A stretch of 63,959 nucleotides of DNA, the filler included, from Sphacelaria rigidula (taxonomy: Eukaryota): NCBI GenBank assembly GCA_964200075.2. It is 8 parts of 8 records of this genome, joined end to end, with 100 filler letters (N's around TTAATTAATTAA, not from the genome) between each part and the next. Parts side by side here need not be neighbours in the genome. Positions count along the whole stretch, not along the records: positions 32,033 to 39,939 come from CAXNAA020013016.1; positions 40,040 to 47,946 come from CAXNAA020013017.1; positions 48,047 to 55,953 come from CAXNAA020013018.1; 5 more parts are not named here. The stretch is one strand, 5' to 3'. Every line of letters begins with the position of its first letter. The first letter of the stretch is position 1. Below, piece after piece: positions 37,301 to 51,572 of the stretch. The position numbers and the translations under genes are program-made. Under the pieces are notes generated by a model. It saw only the letters and a list, made by a program, of their open reading frames with translations. It ran no database searches and had not been told where the DNA came from.

Positions 37301-40300
37301 TGAATTCCCCCCTACATGACGCTAGTACTTGGCTTGAGCGACGTACCGCGCTCTATTGTGCTTCTGGCATGGGGAAGATTGTTGGGTATGATCTTCGGCG
37401 TCGTCTTCAGTTTTCGTGATGCAGCATATATATAGAATATTTCGAACTTACGAGCGTCAAGGATACTTCGTAACGAGGCGTCCACGAGATTCAATGCTGA
37501 TTTTAGTGTGCAAGTTCCTCTGCACCCGCCCGGGAGATGATTGTTCGGGCCAATGCCAATGCTAAGGACCCGGTTAGCGGATTCGTGCTTTACTTTGTGC
37601 GGGGGTACACATGCGTTCGCGACCGTTCGAACGAACGCGCGATCGCGGTGGTCCTGCAATGTTTCGGGCGGGCATGAATATTTCGAGAGAGGATCTATTC
37701 TCACGAGGGCTTGGCAAGGCAAGGATACCGAGACCCTCGATAAAGACGGACGGGACCGGAGCGCAGCCCCGGGTCCCGTCCGGCTTGTATATATATATAT
37801 ATATATATATATGCGTATGTTTTCCAGGTCGACAGCCAGTCGCCATAGCCACCTTCGGTTTCGCCCGGCCGTTGCCTTTGCCATGAAATTGGCCTGCCAG
37901 CGACACTTTGATGACCCCTACACAACGTCGTGTATTCGTCGCATTTCACTCTCTCCATCTACATTTTCGCTCGAGGTTTGTCTGTCGCTCTCTTTGGGGA
38001 CCATCCCTGTGGTTCTGACCACATAACAAACATTTGCGTGTTTACGTCTTCCGTTGTTGTCACTGTGTTCCCTCTGTATTCATCTCCTATTTTCCTCGGT
38101 TGAGGTATTTCCTTATTTTTTTAACTCGAACTCTCTTCATTCTTTTGTGTTGATGTGCTGTTGACGTTTTTGCTAGTTTTCCATGGGATCCCCACGTTTG
38201 CTCGTAGGCTGATTTTGGCATGATATGTCTTGCGCGCATACATTCGGCTTCCGCCGTGAAGCCAGGGCGATGCTTTTCGGTGAACGACGCAGGTAGTGCA
38301 TAACTCTCTGTCGACCTATGCACCACGATTCATCGCTCGCGCTTTGCACACGCCCGTCCGTGCGCGCACGATACCCGATGGTTTCGAACCCCTGTTGGTT
38401 GCTGCACCATCACTTCCGCCCAGTTATGTTTCGGGCTTCTTACCCTTGACACATGCCACGCAGGTAGTGCTGTACCGTACTGATGGCTTCGAAGTCCTGC
38501 TGGTATTGCAGTGCCGTATTCACTTGTCTCATACACACGACACACATTTCATCGGTCAGTCTAGCCATGCTTTGTCGTGAGAGAGCGCCCGCTCTTGGCT
38601 TGACTGCCCTAAATATTCCCGACTTCACCCTTGAAATCTCTACATGTATCCAGGGTCCTGGATTGTAGTTTCATGCCAAAGATTGCATCGGGATATCGTT
38701 GTAATACATGTTCAACGCCACCTAAACTTGGGTATCTTGTTCCGCGAATACACATGAGTCGAACGTTTCAATAAGCCCAGGAGGTTACGCTTCCAAAATG
38801 TTCACACGTTGCAGTATTGTTCCCTCTCTGCGAAAAAACGACTCTGAGGTGTCGCGGTACCGCCGTGATTTTGTTTTCATTGCCCTGTCTTGCGGAATTC
38901 TACTGAAAAACTACGCAATGTTATCATGATAGTGACAGTTCAATTTGAACTCGACATTGCGAACTTGTGGATTCACTAATAGTGTAATCTAAGGTTATAA
39001 TTGGTTCGTTTTGTTGACACGGAAGCCTCGTCCTGAGCACTGTCATCTTGGTTCATTTAGTTTCAGCGGAGAAACCAGGTAACACTGCTGTAGCTGGGGG
39101 GGCGTACTCATTCGTTGCTTGCCCTAGTCGTTTGACCATTGACCACGCATCCCTTTCGAGACGGAGCACCGTTCCTACTCCTAATGGAGACACCTCCAAC
39201 ATTCCGGCGCTCATTACGTTTCTTCCATACATTGCACAAAAACCTTTTTACATATATTATCCCCGTCCTAAAAGTGACAGGGGAGACACCTCATGAGTGT
39301 TGACAGCAAACAGCGTTGTCAAATGCAAACCTCTTTAAGTCAGCAGGTCAGAATGTCGCCGGATTATATCGGTAAATTTTACGTCGTGTGATGTCACCTT
39401 GCTCTTCAGGGTAACAATCTGTCCCTCGTCTAAATCGAGAAGAATATCATAGTCCTCCGTCGCACGATCCAGTAAGAAGTCGCTCATCAGCCACTTCCCT
39501 GGAAGTTCCTGCAAATATCGCAGACGTCAAAATGCATCACGAAGGGCCATAGGTGTGGTGTTTGAGGCAGAGAGCAGCAGTCGGGAAGTCGCAGCTCCGC
39601 CTATTTTCACTCCGGACCAAAATACACCAAGATGACCCAATCCCCTGTAGAGCACACGCATGCTTCGCGTTCATTCAGCGACGGCAGTACCACGGCGCCC
39701 CGGTGGTCCAACCCGTACATTGCAGCACCGGTTAGAGCGGAGTCAGGGGGTTGGATCTCGGAAGACACAATCCTACACGGTTTCCCCTCTGGCGTATCTA
39801 CTTTCCGTCTTTGGAAACGTGACCACATTCGTGGCAAGAAACATTTGATGAAAGTCGACGTGATGCGCGCGCGTGGGGGGTACTCATGATCATGCATGCC
39901 ATAGTCATCAGACCATTGACCTCGCATCCCTACAAAGGCNNNNNNNNNNNNNNNNNNNNNNNNNNNNNNNNNNNNNNNNNNNNTTAATTAATTAANNNNN
40001 NNNNNNNNNNNNNNNNNNNNNNNNNNNNNNNNNNNNNNNGGCAATCAGGCAGAAGAAATCGTGAATTTGGTGATTTTGAGTCGTGATGATTTGTCCTAAC
40101 CGTGAAATATTACATGGGTCAAACTCACGCTTATTGGTTGAGCCTTCTTTCATCTGGGGAGAGTACATGCATGCACAACTGAAGGGGATAGCGACACCAC
40201 GCCCATATAATGGGCCCGACAGCAGGCATGAACTGTACTGCAATCACTCGTCCGCTGTACTCCTGTGCGTCGCTGCTACACATTATCACGAAAAAACGAA

Positions 40301-40797
40301 ACTTTCAAATTTCCTTCGAGCCTGGCAAAAACCCGAAGGGCAAGACGCAAGAAACAGGGTCGGCGCGTACATTTACACCGAACAAATGCAGCTACTCTAC
40401 GTAACAAAAGTAAGAGACCACACTACTACTATATTCACAGCTGCAACAACAACAACAACAACAACAATAACAAACAAAAAGCGACGCACACGCAGATAGA
40501 TGCACATCAGGATCACGATTCGGGAATTTTGTACGTTCGGGTAATAACCAACATCTAAGACATGGAAGCACAAGGTAAGAGTCACCATCCAACTTCACCC
40601 TGCACGCGAGCGTTTCCCCCGTATCAGCTACTCCAACATCAACAGTATCAACTACTCCAACGACGACTCTTGTTCATTACAAGACGAGGCATAACATCAC
40701 TCTCAACGATAACAATAGTTGAGTATCAAAAACTTCGTAAAACGAACTCTCGTCTTCACTAAAAAAGATCAAATATACCAGCGAGTAAAAGGTTATA

Positions 40798-43700
40798 CTA
40801 ACAGGTTCTATATCCCAAACCTAGGGGGGATTCTCGTCGCTGGTGGGGCTTCGGCGGCGACGTCGACCGGACCGGGCCGTCATTGTTGTGCTGGTCATCG
40901 CCATGCGCACCCCTCGTGCCCCCGATGTAAACCTCCCTCAACTTGTACTCGCTGCTCTCTTCACCAGGCCTCCACCGACGGAAGCCCCGTGATGCTGGCG
41001 GATAAGGGACGCTGCTCCCTCCACCTCCCCTTCTACCACGACCCTCTGTGCGAACGTAGAACTCTATCCCCGCTACACCACCGACCGTCGCAGGCCGAAT
41101 ATCCCCCCTCCCCCTCGGGCCGCCGCTGCCGCCGTCGCTGCTGGCGCCGCGCCCCTCTCCACTTCTGCTGGCGTCGTAGCCGTGCGTGTGATATCTTGCT
41201 GAAAGCGGCTGCCTAGGGCTATGTACACCAGTCCTTGCCCTTCGGGGATTGCCATTATTCAACGTAGAAGACTCGCCGCCGAGAGAAAGGGAAACGGTAG
41301 TCGGCAACACGAGCTGGCAGCGAGTCGCCGTTATCGATGGTCTCGTTAATCCGCGGTCATGATGACTGCCGCCCCTGTCGTGGCACACCCCGCCGCGATT
41401 CGGGGTGTTCCCGATGCTGCGTGCAGTACCCTCACGGAGATGCGTTTGTGCGCGAGGCGATCCATTCGTCCCACACGGAGAGCCATCAACACTTGCTGGC
41501 GGCAACAGCTCTGTTATGTACACTTGCCCTACGCCTCTGTTCCCGCCCGGGTCGCGGCCGCCAACGCCGCTGCTGTTTCCGCCTCCCACTGCCGTGTGCG
41601 GTCTTCTCGCTGTCTTGCTGTGCGGCAATGGCGCCGCCACAACCCCCGCTCCTGCCGCCACCGGCACCACGGATAACGCATCTGATCGGCGCACAGCACG
41701 CGAATAGTCTTTTTCCGCGGAAGGTTGTACGACTCTCATGCCACCACTACTACCGTCACCAACAATATACCGGTGCAGAGCAGAGCGTTCCCGGGCCGTA
41801 TAGGACGACCCCGGTCGCTGTCGTCGGTCGGCAGGTCGTCCAGGTGGCGGCGGCGATGGCGCGCGCGCGTCCTCTTTGGCGGTGGTGGACGGCTGCTGTG
41901 CGACTGCCGCGTTGTTGCGAGTACCGAAGCGCCACGGCGGGGAGTGATTGGTGGCGTCGCCGTTTTTTGTCATGGTTGTAGTGGCGGTGGTTGTGGGGCT
42001 GCACTTGTGCCTGACGCGGGCGACGGCGAGGAAACGAGTGGAGCTGGAGTAGTACTGAGATTTCTCTGCTTCGTTAGTGTGGTTCCGGGACGGCGCTCTT
42101 GTGGGCCAACAACCTGAGATGGTTCGAGGGGGTTACGTCGAATGCACAGCCGGAAAGATAGGAGAGGGAGAAGAGGAAGAGGGGGGGAGGGGGGGTGATT
42201 ATCAGAAACTAGCGAACTATCGGATTCTGGATAACTGACTAAAAACGAAATCTACCTGAAGAAATTAAGGGTACTTCACGAGCACGACTTAACGCGTCAC
42301 CCACAGGAAATCGCCCGCGATGATGATGAGGTGCATTCAGGCACTTGAGAAATGAATAGGGGGTAGGAGTAAATTGTAGGGGAGCCTTTCGTTATTCAGA
42401 CGCTGAGAATTTGGGGAGACTACGAAATCACGTCCAAGGTATGATGGATGCGACCATCCCTGCATCAACCTCAGGACGTTCCACCGCACCGGAGAGTCAA
42501 CGGGCGACAAACACGTGCCCACGGTCGTCATCACACACAGCATACCACCGCACGGCGCGAAGCACTGCTCTGAATGGTTCGCAACAACGCGTCGACTGTA
42601 GGGTGTTGGTCAAAGTCGCTCCACCCATCGGGGGGAGGGGGGGGGGGACATGCCACATACCTTGATGAGCACACGACGGCGGTGGCGGTTGTATAGCGCT
42701 TGGCTGATCGTACGGCCATTGCAACCGAGGAACGGGCTGGGTGGTGCGCGTTTCCGAGTTGTCAGGTTGTTGGTGAATTGCGGGAGAACAGTGTTGAGCA
42801 AGGAAACCGAGAATCGCCGGTGGGAGTGGGGGGCGGGGGCGGGAGGATGAGCATCTCGATCGATCTTGAAAAATCGGCAGAGTACAAAGTTTCGTTCGAG
42901 GGGGGTTGATTCAAAGAACGAAGTGAAGTACAGCCCTGCAGCCGAAGATCAGCGAGACGGGATAGGGTAGCTCAAGAGGGTCCTTGCGACGCACTCCACC
43001 GTCGTACGGGTCGCACCGCGCGGGAGGTTAATTGAACTGAGGGCTAGGGAGGATTGCACTCAAATTTCCCGGCGCAAAATGAGTTTTCGATGTTGCGGGA
43101 TCGGGAAAAATGTGTCGTTCGTCAAATCCGAAGATAGAGCAGGATACGCCCTCAAGGTCGGCCACCAACCCTTAGCATGCAGTCCTGAGGAAGCCCCCCG
43201 TGCCTCGTGATTCCAGTCGCGGACCCGTCCCTGGGGGAGTGTTCGACCCTGTTCATACCCGCCCATGCGCCGCTCGTGGAGATTCTACCCTGGTGCGCTC
43301 CCGGGCGAGAGCTGTGGAGTCCATGGTCGCCGCCTCCTTCGCCCCCGGCAGCGGGCCATAGCATTGACTGAGTGTACAGATTGCTGGTGAGTGCAACGTG
43401 ATCAGGTAGAGGAAAATAAGCAGTGGCAAGGGTGCGAAGAAACAGCGGAACAACAGAAAGGCATATAATATAAAGTTTCGCCACGGTAGAGGTTGCATGT
43501 TGGGCCCAGATGTTTGTCATTGAGGGGCTCGTAAAGTTAGGAGCTACAGTACACGAGTTTAGGTTTCAGGGCAGTCCCGTCTTCCAATTTATTCGGGATA
43601 TCGCTAGCCAACTTGTAACGCTGATCGTGACGTGATCTTACGTATGTCATAAGTATTGTTTTGGGGTGGGGTAAGGAGCTTCTAACAACTCAAACCTCAA

Positions 43701-46700
43701 GAATATCTTGTGCACCCCCTGGCGTGGTACCACTCTGTAATGTATAATGCACTTCTTCTGCCGCTGCGGATGCTTTCTTCATGTGCATGTAACCGTGCCC
43801 GCATAGCCCGCCAACCCTCCTAAGCTCAGGTGGCTGCCTCCGGAAGTGATGAGACCAGAAAATGAAGCAGCTCATCGGAGGCTATCATCCAAATGGGCTG
43901 TCATCCCAATGCAAGATAATTAGTACGCTTCGGGCCAAAAAATCATAGCAGGATGCAGCTCACCCTTCACGCGACTCGCCAAATACATTACGCTTCGCGC
44001 TTGGTGATTGATTGCGAGCCCGGCCTGGAAAAGCCCGGCGTGCTCCATCCCGGCTTTGTAGGGATCAGTGGTCATATAACTACGGCATGCACGATGATGA
44101 ATACCCCCCCCCAACCCCTGCGCGCTCAACCTTCACAAGCAGGAGGGAGAGAGGGAGGATAACGTACCTCTGTTCGAACGTCGGGTTCTGCACACCATAC
44201 CCGGGCCCTAGGTCCACCGCACTCTGGGTCCCATCATACTGCTGCTGGTGCTGGTGTTGCTGTTGCTGGTGCTGTGCCCACTGCTCTCCCTGCCCCCATC
44301 TTTCACCCGTACCCGGCGAAAATACCACACCGTCACCTGCGCCATCGCCGCCGGGACCCCCAACCCCATTGACTCCCACAGCACCAGTAGCATGAGCACC
44401 AGCAACCTTGGCTGTTTTCTTGTAGATTTTTTTTCGGCGTTTGGCTTCCTTCACCCAGTCTCTCCCGCCCGTGCAGCCGCCTCCGCCGCCGCCCCGGCGT
44501 CTTCCCCTCCTACGTGTTGGGCTCCGCGACCCGTGTACTCCACCACTACCTCGCTTCCCGCCTCCTCCGTCGCCTTTGCCTGTTTTCTTTTTCCGGCGGG
44601 AGGAAGACGGAGGCGATCCCGATAAATCACCCCCTTTTAATCCCCTTAGTCTACTCGGCGACTTCGGTGAACCTGGAGAATGTGATGTGGCAGCGTTAGA
44701 TTCGTCATCGTCGGGGGTGGTTATGTTGTCGGGGTCACCCTCGCCGGCGGGGGCCTCCTCCGCCGCCGCTTCCCCGCCGACCTTTCCACCACGGTGATGT
44801 TCTTCGAATGTGACCATTGGCCGCTCCTCGCTGTTTTCTCCTTCATATTCCAACTTCTCCTCGACGCATTCTCCGCCCGCTACGGCGGGCGGGTGGTCAT
44901 CTCCCAGCTGGGACGGACGGAGTTGGACGGGGTCATCGCGTAGCAGCGGCGACCTTCCGCCGCTTGCGGGGACGACCTCTTCCGTGATATCATACCTCCT
45001 GTAGGATTCACGATGTATCCTACTAGCATCGTCATCTCCACCCTCTGCCGCAGACATTTCCCGGGCCTCGCTGGATGGCAGCCCCCGATCAATTACATCC
45101 TGATCCACAGCAAGACTTCCCGCCGCCGCTGCCGACAATACCTCTGCCGATGCCGACGACGCTTTGCTACCGGTGGCGTCCACTGAGGCAGTAGATCTCG
45201 CGGGGAGCTCACCCGGGGGCGTCGTTGCTCTTCCCTCTGTTACTACAGAGGGAGGCCCCGGGCGTCGAGTCACTCCGGAGCTTTCTCTTGGGCTCCGAGG
45301 GGGGCCACACGAGCGGGGGGTACTGCCGCCGGGGCTTGTCGGCATTCGTTCGTCCTTGAGTGATCTTCGTAGAGCGCACGCACGAGTGTTTGTGTTCAAT
45401 TGTGTGTTTGCTTATTTGCTTGTTTGTTTCAGTTATATTGTGTATTTGGTGGTTGGTGGGGGCGGGGCATGTGAGAGCAGGAGGGGGGGCGAGGCGGCAC
45501 ACGCTGTGTTCGTCATGTACTGCGAGATGAGATCTTGAGACAGGTTTCATCTTATTCTCTCGTTCCCTCGTCTCTTTGCCGCAACAGAAACGCGTACTTC
45601 ATCGGTTCTCGGGTTGGAAGAAGCAACACGTATCGTCTCAGCGTGTGTATACTTTACAGTATACAAATATACTGTGCCCTGCAAAAAAAGGTTGACGTGA
45701 CAAGTCATGATGAACTTTGCGCACATTCCATACCGTTCCCGTTTATTACTAGTTTTTTCTCCTCCCGGTTGTCGTGTCGCACACCTTTGTGTCTACCGAG
45801 TGCACGGGCGAAACACGACGGTGAGCGCCAGCCTGTTCTCTTCTCTTCTTACCACGCTCACCGAGCAGGAGACGGGGAGCGCGAACGCGGCGACGATGGA
45901 TACCCCGATATCCTTGCAAACACCGCCTCCGCCACGCGCACCACTTTGGTGTAGCGGGCTCCTCTGTTTGGGGCAGTGTGCGACGGCGGGAAGATTCGCT
46001 CGAACCCGCCCTTGACGGACTGCTCGTGCTCCTCACGAGCTCGCTCAGCCGCCAGCCTACATCAATTGTAGAAGGGTGCAGCCGTGAGTAAAGGACCCCA
46101 GGCCAACGCCGAGGCAGACAGGCGCCCGAGGATAAGGGGGAAGCGGGGGATGGAGCAGTATCGAAATGACTTGAAAGTGGGTGTTTTTTCCACACTAGTA
46201 GTGGTATACGTGAAGTAGGTGCATATATGCATGTGCATCGAAAACGTGATAACCAACTAGGTCCAGTGCGGAAAAGGTGTGTTTCGGACTGCCCCCTTCC
46301 TACGCGACGTTATCCCTACACCGACCCGTCCAACTGCGAAAAATTGTCACGACGAAATTGTGCGTATCCAAGTGTTTCATTAGCTTCTGGGAACTCGACA
46401 ACCATGAGTGGGTGACCTGCTTCTTTTCTCTCTCTTAGCGCGCTTCTGTTCCTTCGCCTCACTGTCGACCCCTCCGATCCCCGCCCCCGCCCCCGCGGGT
46501 CCACCTTCCTTCCTCCTCGGGAACCCCAGCAGGCGGCCCCTCTTGGCCTGCTCTATCTCCGCTTGCCATGCTTCCCGGGCCCCGACCTTGTGTGTCGTAG
46601 ATCACAGCAAAACCGGAGATTTGACGGCACGCAGGGAATGACAATAAAAAGAGTGCAACTATGGTATGTTGTCGAAATTAGAGAAACAAATTACGACCCG

Positions 46701-47543
46701 CAATCAACGTGGAGTGTCGATTAAAGCTGAACTCTCCATCGACCATCGATCACTCGCGGCGGATGGAGAGAACAAACTACTGTACCTTCAATCCCACTAT
46801 TGCCTTCATTTTTGGAAAACCAGAATTATTGAGATTGCACACGTTGTGCAGTAGCGTTTGTGTGAGATGTTTGTTGAAAACAAAGCAAGGGCCTGCGACA
46901 GAATTATAACACGGTATTCACCTTTGATCATCCTTGGTGTTCCAGAGGACATAAGTCCGGCATGTGTGAACACAGGCGCCGAAAATACAGATTTCACACA
47001 CAATACTCTACAGTAAGTGTCTTCTTGTAAACATGACGGAAATGAAGACGAGAAAGACGCGGGTCTACTCCGTGCTACTCACTGCGGGTACAGATCAGCC
47101 TCACGGTAGAAAACATAATCCATGCTCGTCGTCGAATACAAAGATAAAAATCCGTCTAGAAAAGGTATACCTTCTTCGCGATGTTCTGCCTCAAGGCGGT
47201 ACGATATCGATGCAACCATGCGGGATATGGTGACATGAGCCATAAATAGTTATTTCGCTCGGAATTCTTCGAACACATCAATTCTGGATATCCTCTAGTA
47301 GTGCTGTTGATCGCCACGACGTACACGCAACGTGTTGTTGTTGTTGTTGCTGTTGCTGTTGTTGTTGTTGTTGAGATGATGATGCCATGTTGTTGTACGA
47401 GAAGAGAACATCGCAACGAGAACTTCACACTGACGCTGAATCCCGCGTGGGAAATAAGGCGCGTATTTACCTGGACGTTCAAGAGCCTCAGCGTATCAAA
47501 GACCAACCCCTTTTTTATCCTGTAGTCCATTCCCGTCTCCGTC
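40798..47543 (-). CDS. Tubulin polyglutamylase (TTLL6/7/13-like), 3' exons
   Basis: Phase-compatible exons: 47543-47471 (TETGMDYRIKKGLVFDTLRLLNVQ), 46586-46417, 46056-45862 (EEHEQSVKGGFERIFP) and 45364-44168. Probable further exons lie near 43367-43259, ending at ~42661, and ~42113-40798. The D..K..L..DTL.L and E....GGF.RI.P motifs follow the TTL core in this family. The distal exons are less certain. Confidence 0.72.
43820..44112 (+). mobile_element. Retroelement 3'-end family 2 (GAGTAC/poly-C); copies ~31600-31865 (-), 39875-39939 (-), 56144-56178 (+), ~58173-58480 (-)
   Basis: Shared tail gcgaggtcaatggtct.atgacta.ggcatgca.gatcatgagtac, followed by C-rich sequence. Confidence 0.7.
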
Positions 47544-50500
47544 CTGCAAGCCATGTTACAAACGCATTTGGGGGGATAAATACTGTATCATCTTCCTGCG
47601 GAGTTACCCTTCACCACCCTTCACCGTCACCGCACGTGACAAATACCCAAGATGCACAAGATCAAGCCAGTTTTCTTCGTCAGACGGTTTCAGCATGATG
47701 GACAGGACGATAGACACGCGTGTACTGTGTGTAGTTTGTGTACGTCATCCGTCCGTTTCACCTATTGTGGAACTCGAGGACTCCATGAGATCTGAAAGGA
47801 GCGGAGTAGCAACCGTGCGATGAACGACCCCTTCGAGGTCCAGCAGCGTTCGACCTTGGTTGCCTTTTTCGGGAACTGCCCCCCGCCCCACCCCTACCCT
47901 CCGCCCCGCCCCCCCCCACCCCCCCCCCCCCCCCACCACACCTGCCNNNNNNNNNNNNNNNNNNNNNNNNNNNNNNNNNNNNNNNNNNNNTTAATTAATT
48001 AANNNNNNNNNNNNNNNNNNNNNNNNNNNNNNNNNNNNNNNNNNNNCTGTATACATGTGTAACATCAGTCTCTGATATGTCACTGCAAAGGGATATTTCC
48101 CACATTTACTTTGTTCTCACTGTCTACTTCAATATTTCTCCCGATTTCCACCCCTTCGTGTTTCGTTTTCTGCACTTTTGTTTCCTGGGTTACATCCATC
48201 TTGCGACCTCGGCTGGATTCGACGCGGATCGGTGCATACGAGACATTAAAATTAACAATCATTCATCAACGGAATGTTAGTTTTTCGCTTTCCGTTGTCC
48301 TTGTACACTAGTTCTTCGACATGGGGCATGCGGCGAGTTAACACATCAGATGATTTCATAACTTGTCACTTTGAGTGCGGTTATAATGCGTGAGGGGACC
48401 GCGTGCTTCGGGGACCGCGTCGGAGTCTAGACACCTCTAAGATGAGGGTTAGGGTAAGGGTTAATGTGGGGGTTAGGGTCAGGGGCGCGGCTCCTACAAG
48501 GACTGATCATGAGGTGTTTTGAACTACTATGCGGTCCTTCCAGCACGCAGTCCTCTCACGCAATACGGTGGTGACGAGATGGGTCATCAGCCTCTGCACG
48601 ATACATATAGCGAACACAGTGTGCCAGGTTGTGATGGAAATTGCGGTCAACAGGTTGCCTGTCATATGTCTTGTTTATACCGCACGGCAAAAGGGGGGCG
48701 GCGTATAGCACAATATGTAGTACATATAGTACGCGATGATACACAACGATGCATATTACACGATTATTTCACATTCGGGACGATAAAAACAACAATAAAC
48801 ACGGGATCTTACAAATTGGGGATGAGAAATCCGGAGAATTAAAATCTTCGTATCCACACCAAAACTTCGAAATGTGGTTCCATTTTTCCACCTACTGATA
48901 GTTATTGACAACTGCTGCACGCCATAGAAATTTGGATTGAAATCATCGAAATGTTGGGATCCTAGGTGAAAAAACAATTTTGGGGAATTCCGGATGTCCG
49001 AACGGACGCCAAAATGGTTCCGATTTGTTTTTCACCTAGAACCCAAACATTTCGGTGATTTCAATCCAAATTTCTCTGGCGTGTAGCAGTTTTCAATAGC
49101 TATCAGTAGGTGAAGAAATAGTACCATATTTCGAAGATTGTTGTGGATACGAAGATTTTAATTCTCCGCATTTCTCATCCCTAATAAAAGATCCATCCCC
49201 AATTTGTAAGATCCCCTGTTAATAGTCGATTGCTTCAGTAATAGACGCGGGGGGAGACCTATCGATATACATTGTCGAACACAAATGATGATGAAACGCA
49301 TCTATTGATATGTATTGTAAGGGAAAATAGATGCTGCAGGAGTCGATTAATAGTCTGTGGCAATTGCAATCGATTGAGATCAATGGCCATCGATGGGCAT
49401 CGTATATACAATATATTCTGGGATGTATTTCTTGATAGCCACGGCCGAAATCTATATATTTGGTTAGTCATTCACCGTAAGTCATTGCCGTCAACAATAG
49501 ATTTACTGAGCCGTCTATCGGTAGCCTTTGCTGTCATCAACAGATTTGGTGAGTAATCTATCGATAGCCTGTGCCGCCGAGGATGGATTTTGGCGTATCT
49601 ACCAATGTAGCCATTGTCGTCAAAAATCGATTGTCCCGGGGAGCATCTATCGACGATCAGTGCGACGCCGACGATAGGTTCTGTTGAATATGCTGTTTAC
49701 TGTAGTGGTCTTATGACATGAATGATAATACATCTAACACGGGACGTCCTATTACATGGACTATGGTCCCGGGTGCAAGCACGCCCCATCAACGCACAAA
49801 GAATCTCTAAGCGCTCATGTCAATCAGAGGGACAATCGTAAGTACCAACACCACACCAACAACAGAACTCGTGAACTTTTGTTCACACATTTTGTAGATT
49901 TTTACACGATACAAACGTTTCAAAGAACAGCCGACCGTCGAAACTAGGGATGGACTTTTCATTGAGGATGAGCACCCGAAGGATTCAAATCTTTGTATCC
50001 ACACCAAATCTTTGAAATATGGTTTCATGTCTTCACCTACTGGTAGCTATTGACAACCGCTACTTGCCCTACAACTTTGTATTCCGATAACCCAAGCGTT
50101 GGGATCCTGGATAAAGAAACATTTCTGGGAAATTCAGGTGATCCGATCGGCTCGCCGAAATTCCCAGAAGTTGGGTTTTCACCTGGGACCCCAATATTTC
50201 GGTCATCGAAATACAAATTTGTATCACGTGTAGTACTTGTCAATAGCGACCAGTAGGAAAAGGAACAGAACCATCCTTTAAACATGTGCGTTGGTTACGA
50301 AGATTTGGATTGTCCGGGTGCTCATCCTCAATGGAAGCTCCATCCTCAATTTCTTTCATCGGCTGTTTCGTGCAGTGTTTCACAGAGAGTATCATCATAT
50401 ATCCACTGCATGTTATCCTGCGGATTCTCTACCGCACTTCGACAGAATACAATATGATCTGTACATAGCATGTTGCGATGTCGGCGTTGCAATAGACTAC

Positions 50501-51572
50501 AGAGAATATCGATTGGTGGGCATTGTACGCCACGGTAGATTCTGGTATGCATCTATCGAGACTCATTGCCGCCATCGGCAGATTTTGTGCGCAACCTATC
50601 AATAGCGATCGCCGTCATCAATATATTCGGAACAGATTTTGTCAATAGCCATTGCCGTCATCAATATATTTGGCATACGGTTTATCAATACCCCTTGCCA
50701 TCACTAATAGATTCGGAGAACTATCGATCGATACATTCCGTCGGTGGCAATAGTTTTCGGTGTAGCGCCACACCCTACTGCTGCCAGGACAAAAGTGTGG
50801 GAAACGGGTCTATTGGTAGACATTCATTGCCCAAGACAATCGAAAAGGAAACCTGTCGATTGAAAGCCATTACAGACGGCAATGTTGGCATCTACTGCGG
50901 TAGTGTTGTTCCTGCATCATATGCCGTTTTTTGTCCAGGGTAGGGATCACTTCCATCATCTAGGGTTCGCCTCGGCGTGAGCAGCCTAAACCCGAGGAGG
51001 TTTGGTGTGTCAGTTGTTCTTGTGGCTATGGGGATGCAAATCTGCCTGCTGGATGATGACTTCCGAGTCCCGATGACCGCTGAATTATGGAGACGTATCC
51101 ACCCACGACACATTTTTAGTTTTACCGATGTTCCGGCATTTTTGTTCACATCGGAGACCCGCGTTCTTTGAATTTGAGCGCGTCACAGGTTTTTGCAAAC
51201 GTACGGCCTCCACTTGTACGGTAGGGAGTTAGTAGTAGTGTACGAGCTGGTTCATGGTTATCACCCAAAAAACACTCATCGGCAAAACCTCACGCCGTTT
51301 TCAGGAACTTGATCCCGAAACTATGCACAAGTAAGTGTTCGATGGTTCATTGCGCAACTTTCCTCTTCTACTTCATTCACCGTTTTCGGGTGTCCCAGTT
51401 TTTTCGAGGAAACTTCGATCCAGTCGGACTCCCGTAAAATGGCGAAGAAAAAACAAAACTCGTTCATCCAAAGTAGCGCAATGACCCATAGCACGGTTGT
51501 GCATAATTTCAGGATGTAAGGCGTGAGAGGACCGCGTGCTCAGGGGGCCGCGCCATGGTTCGAAACACCTCA

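Noticed and set aside
39280-39560. Protein-like minus frame (KWLMSDFLLDRATEDYD...) as a gag fragment
   Set aside because: Only a vague resemblance, bounded by stops. It cannot be supported without a search.
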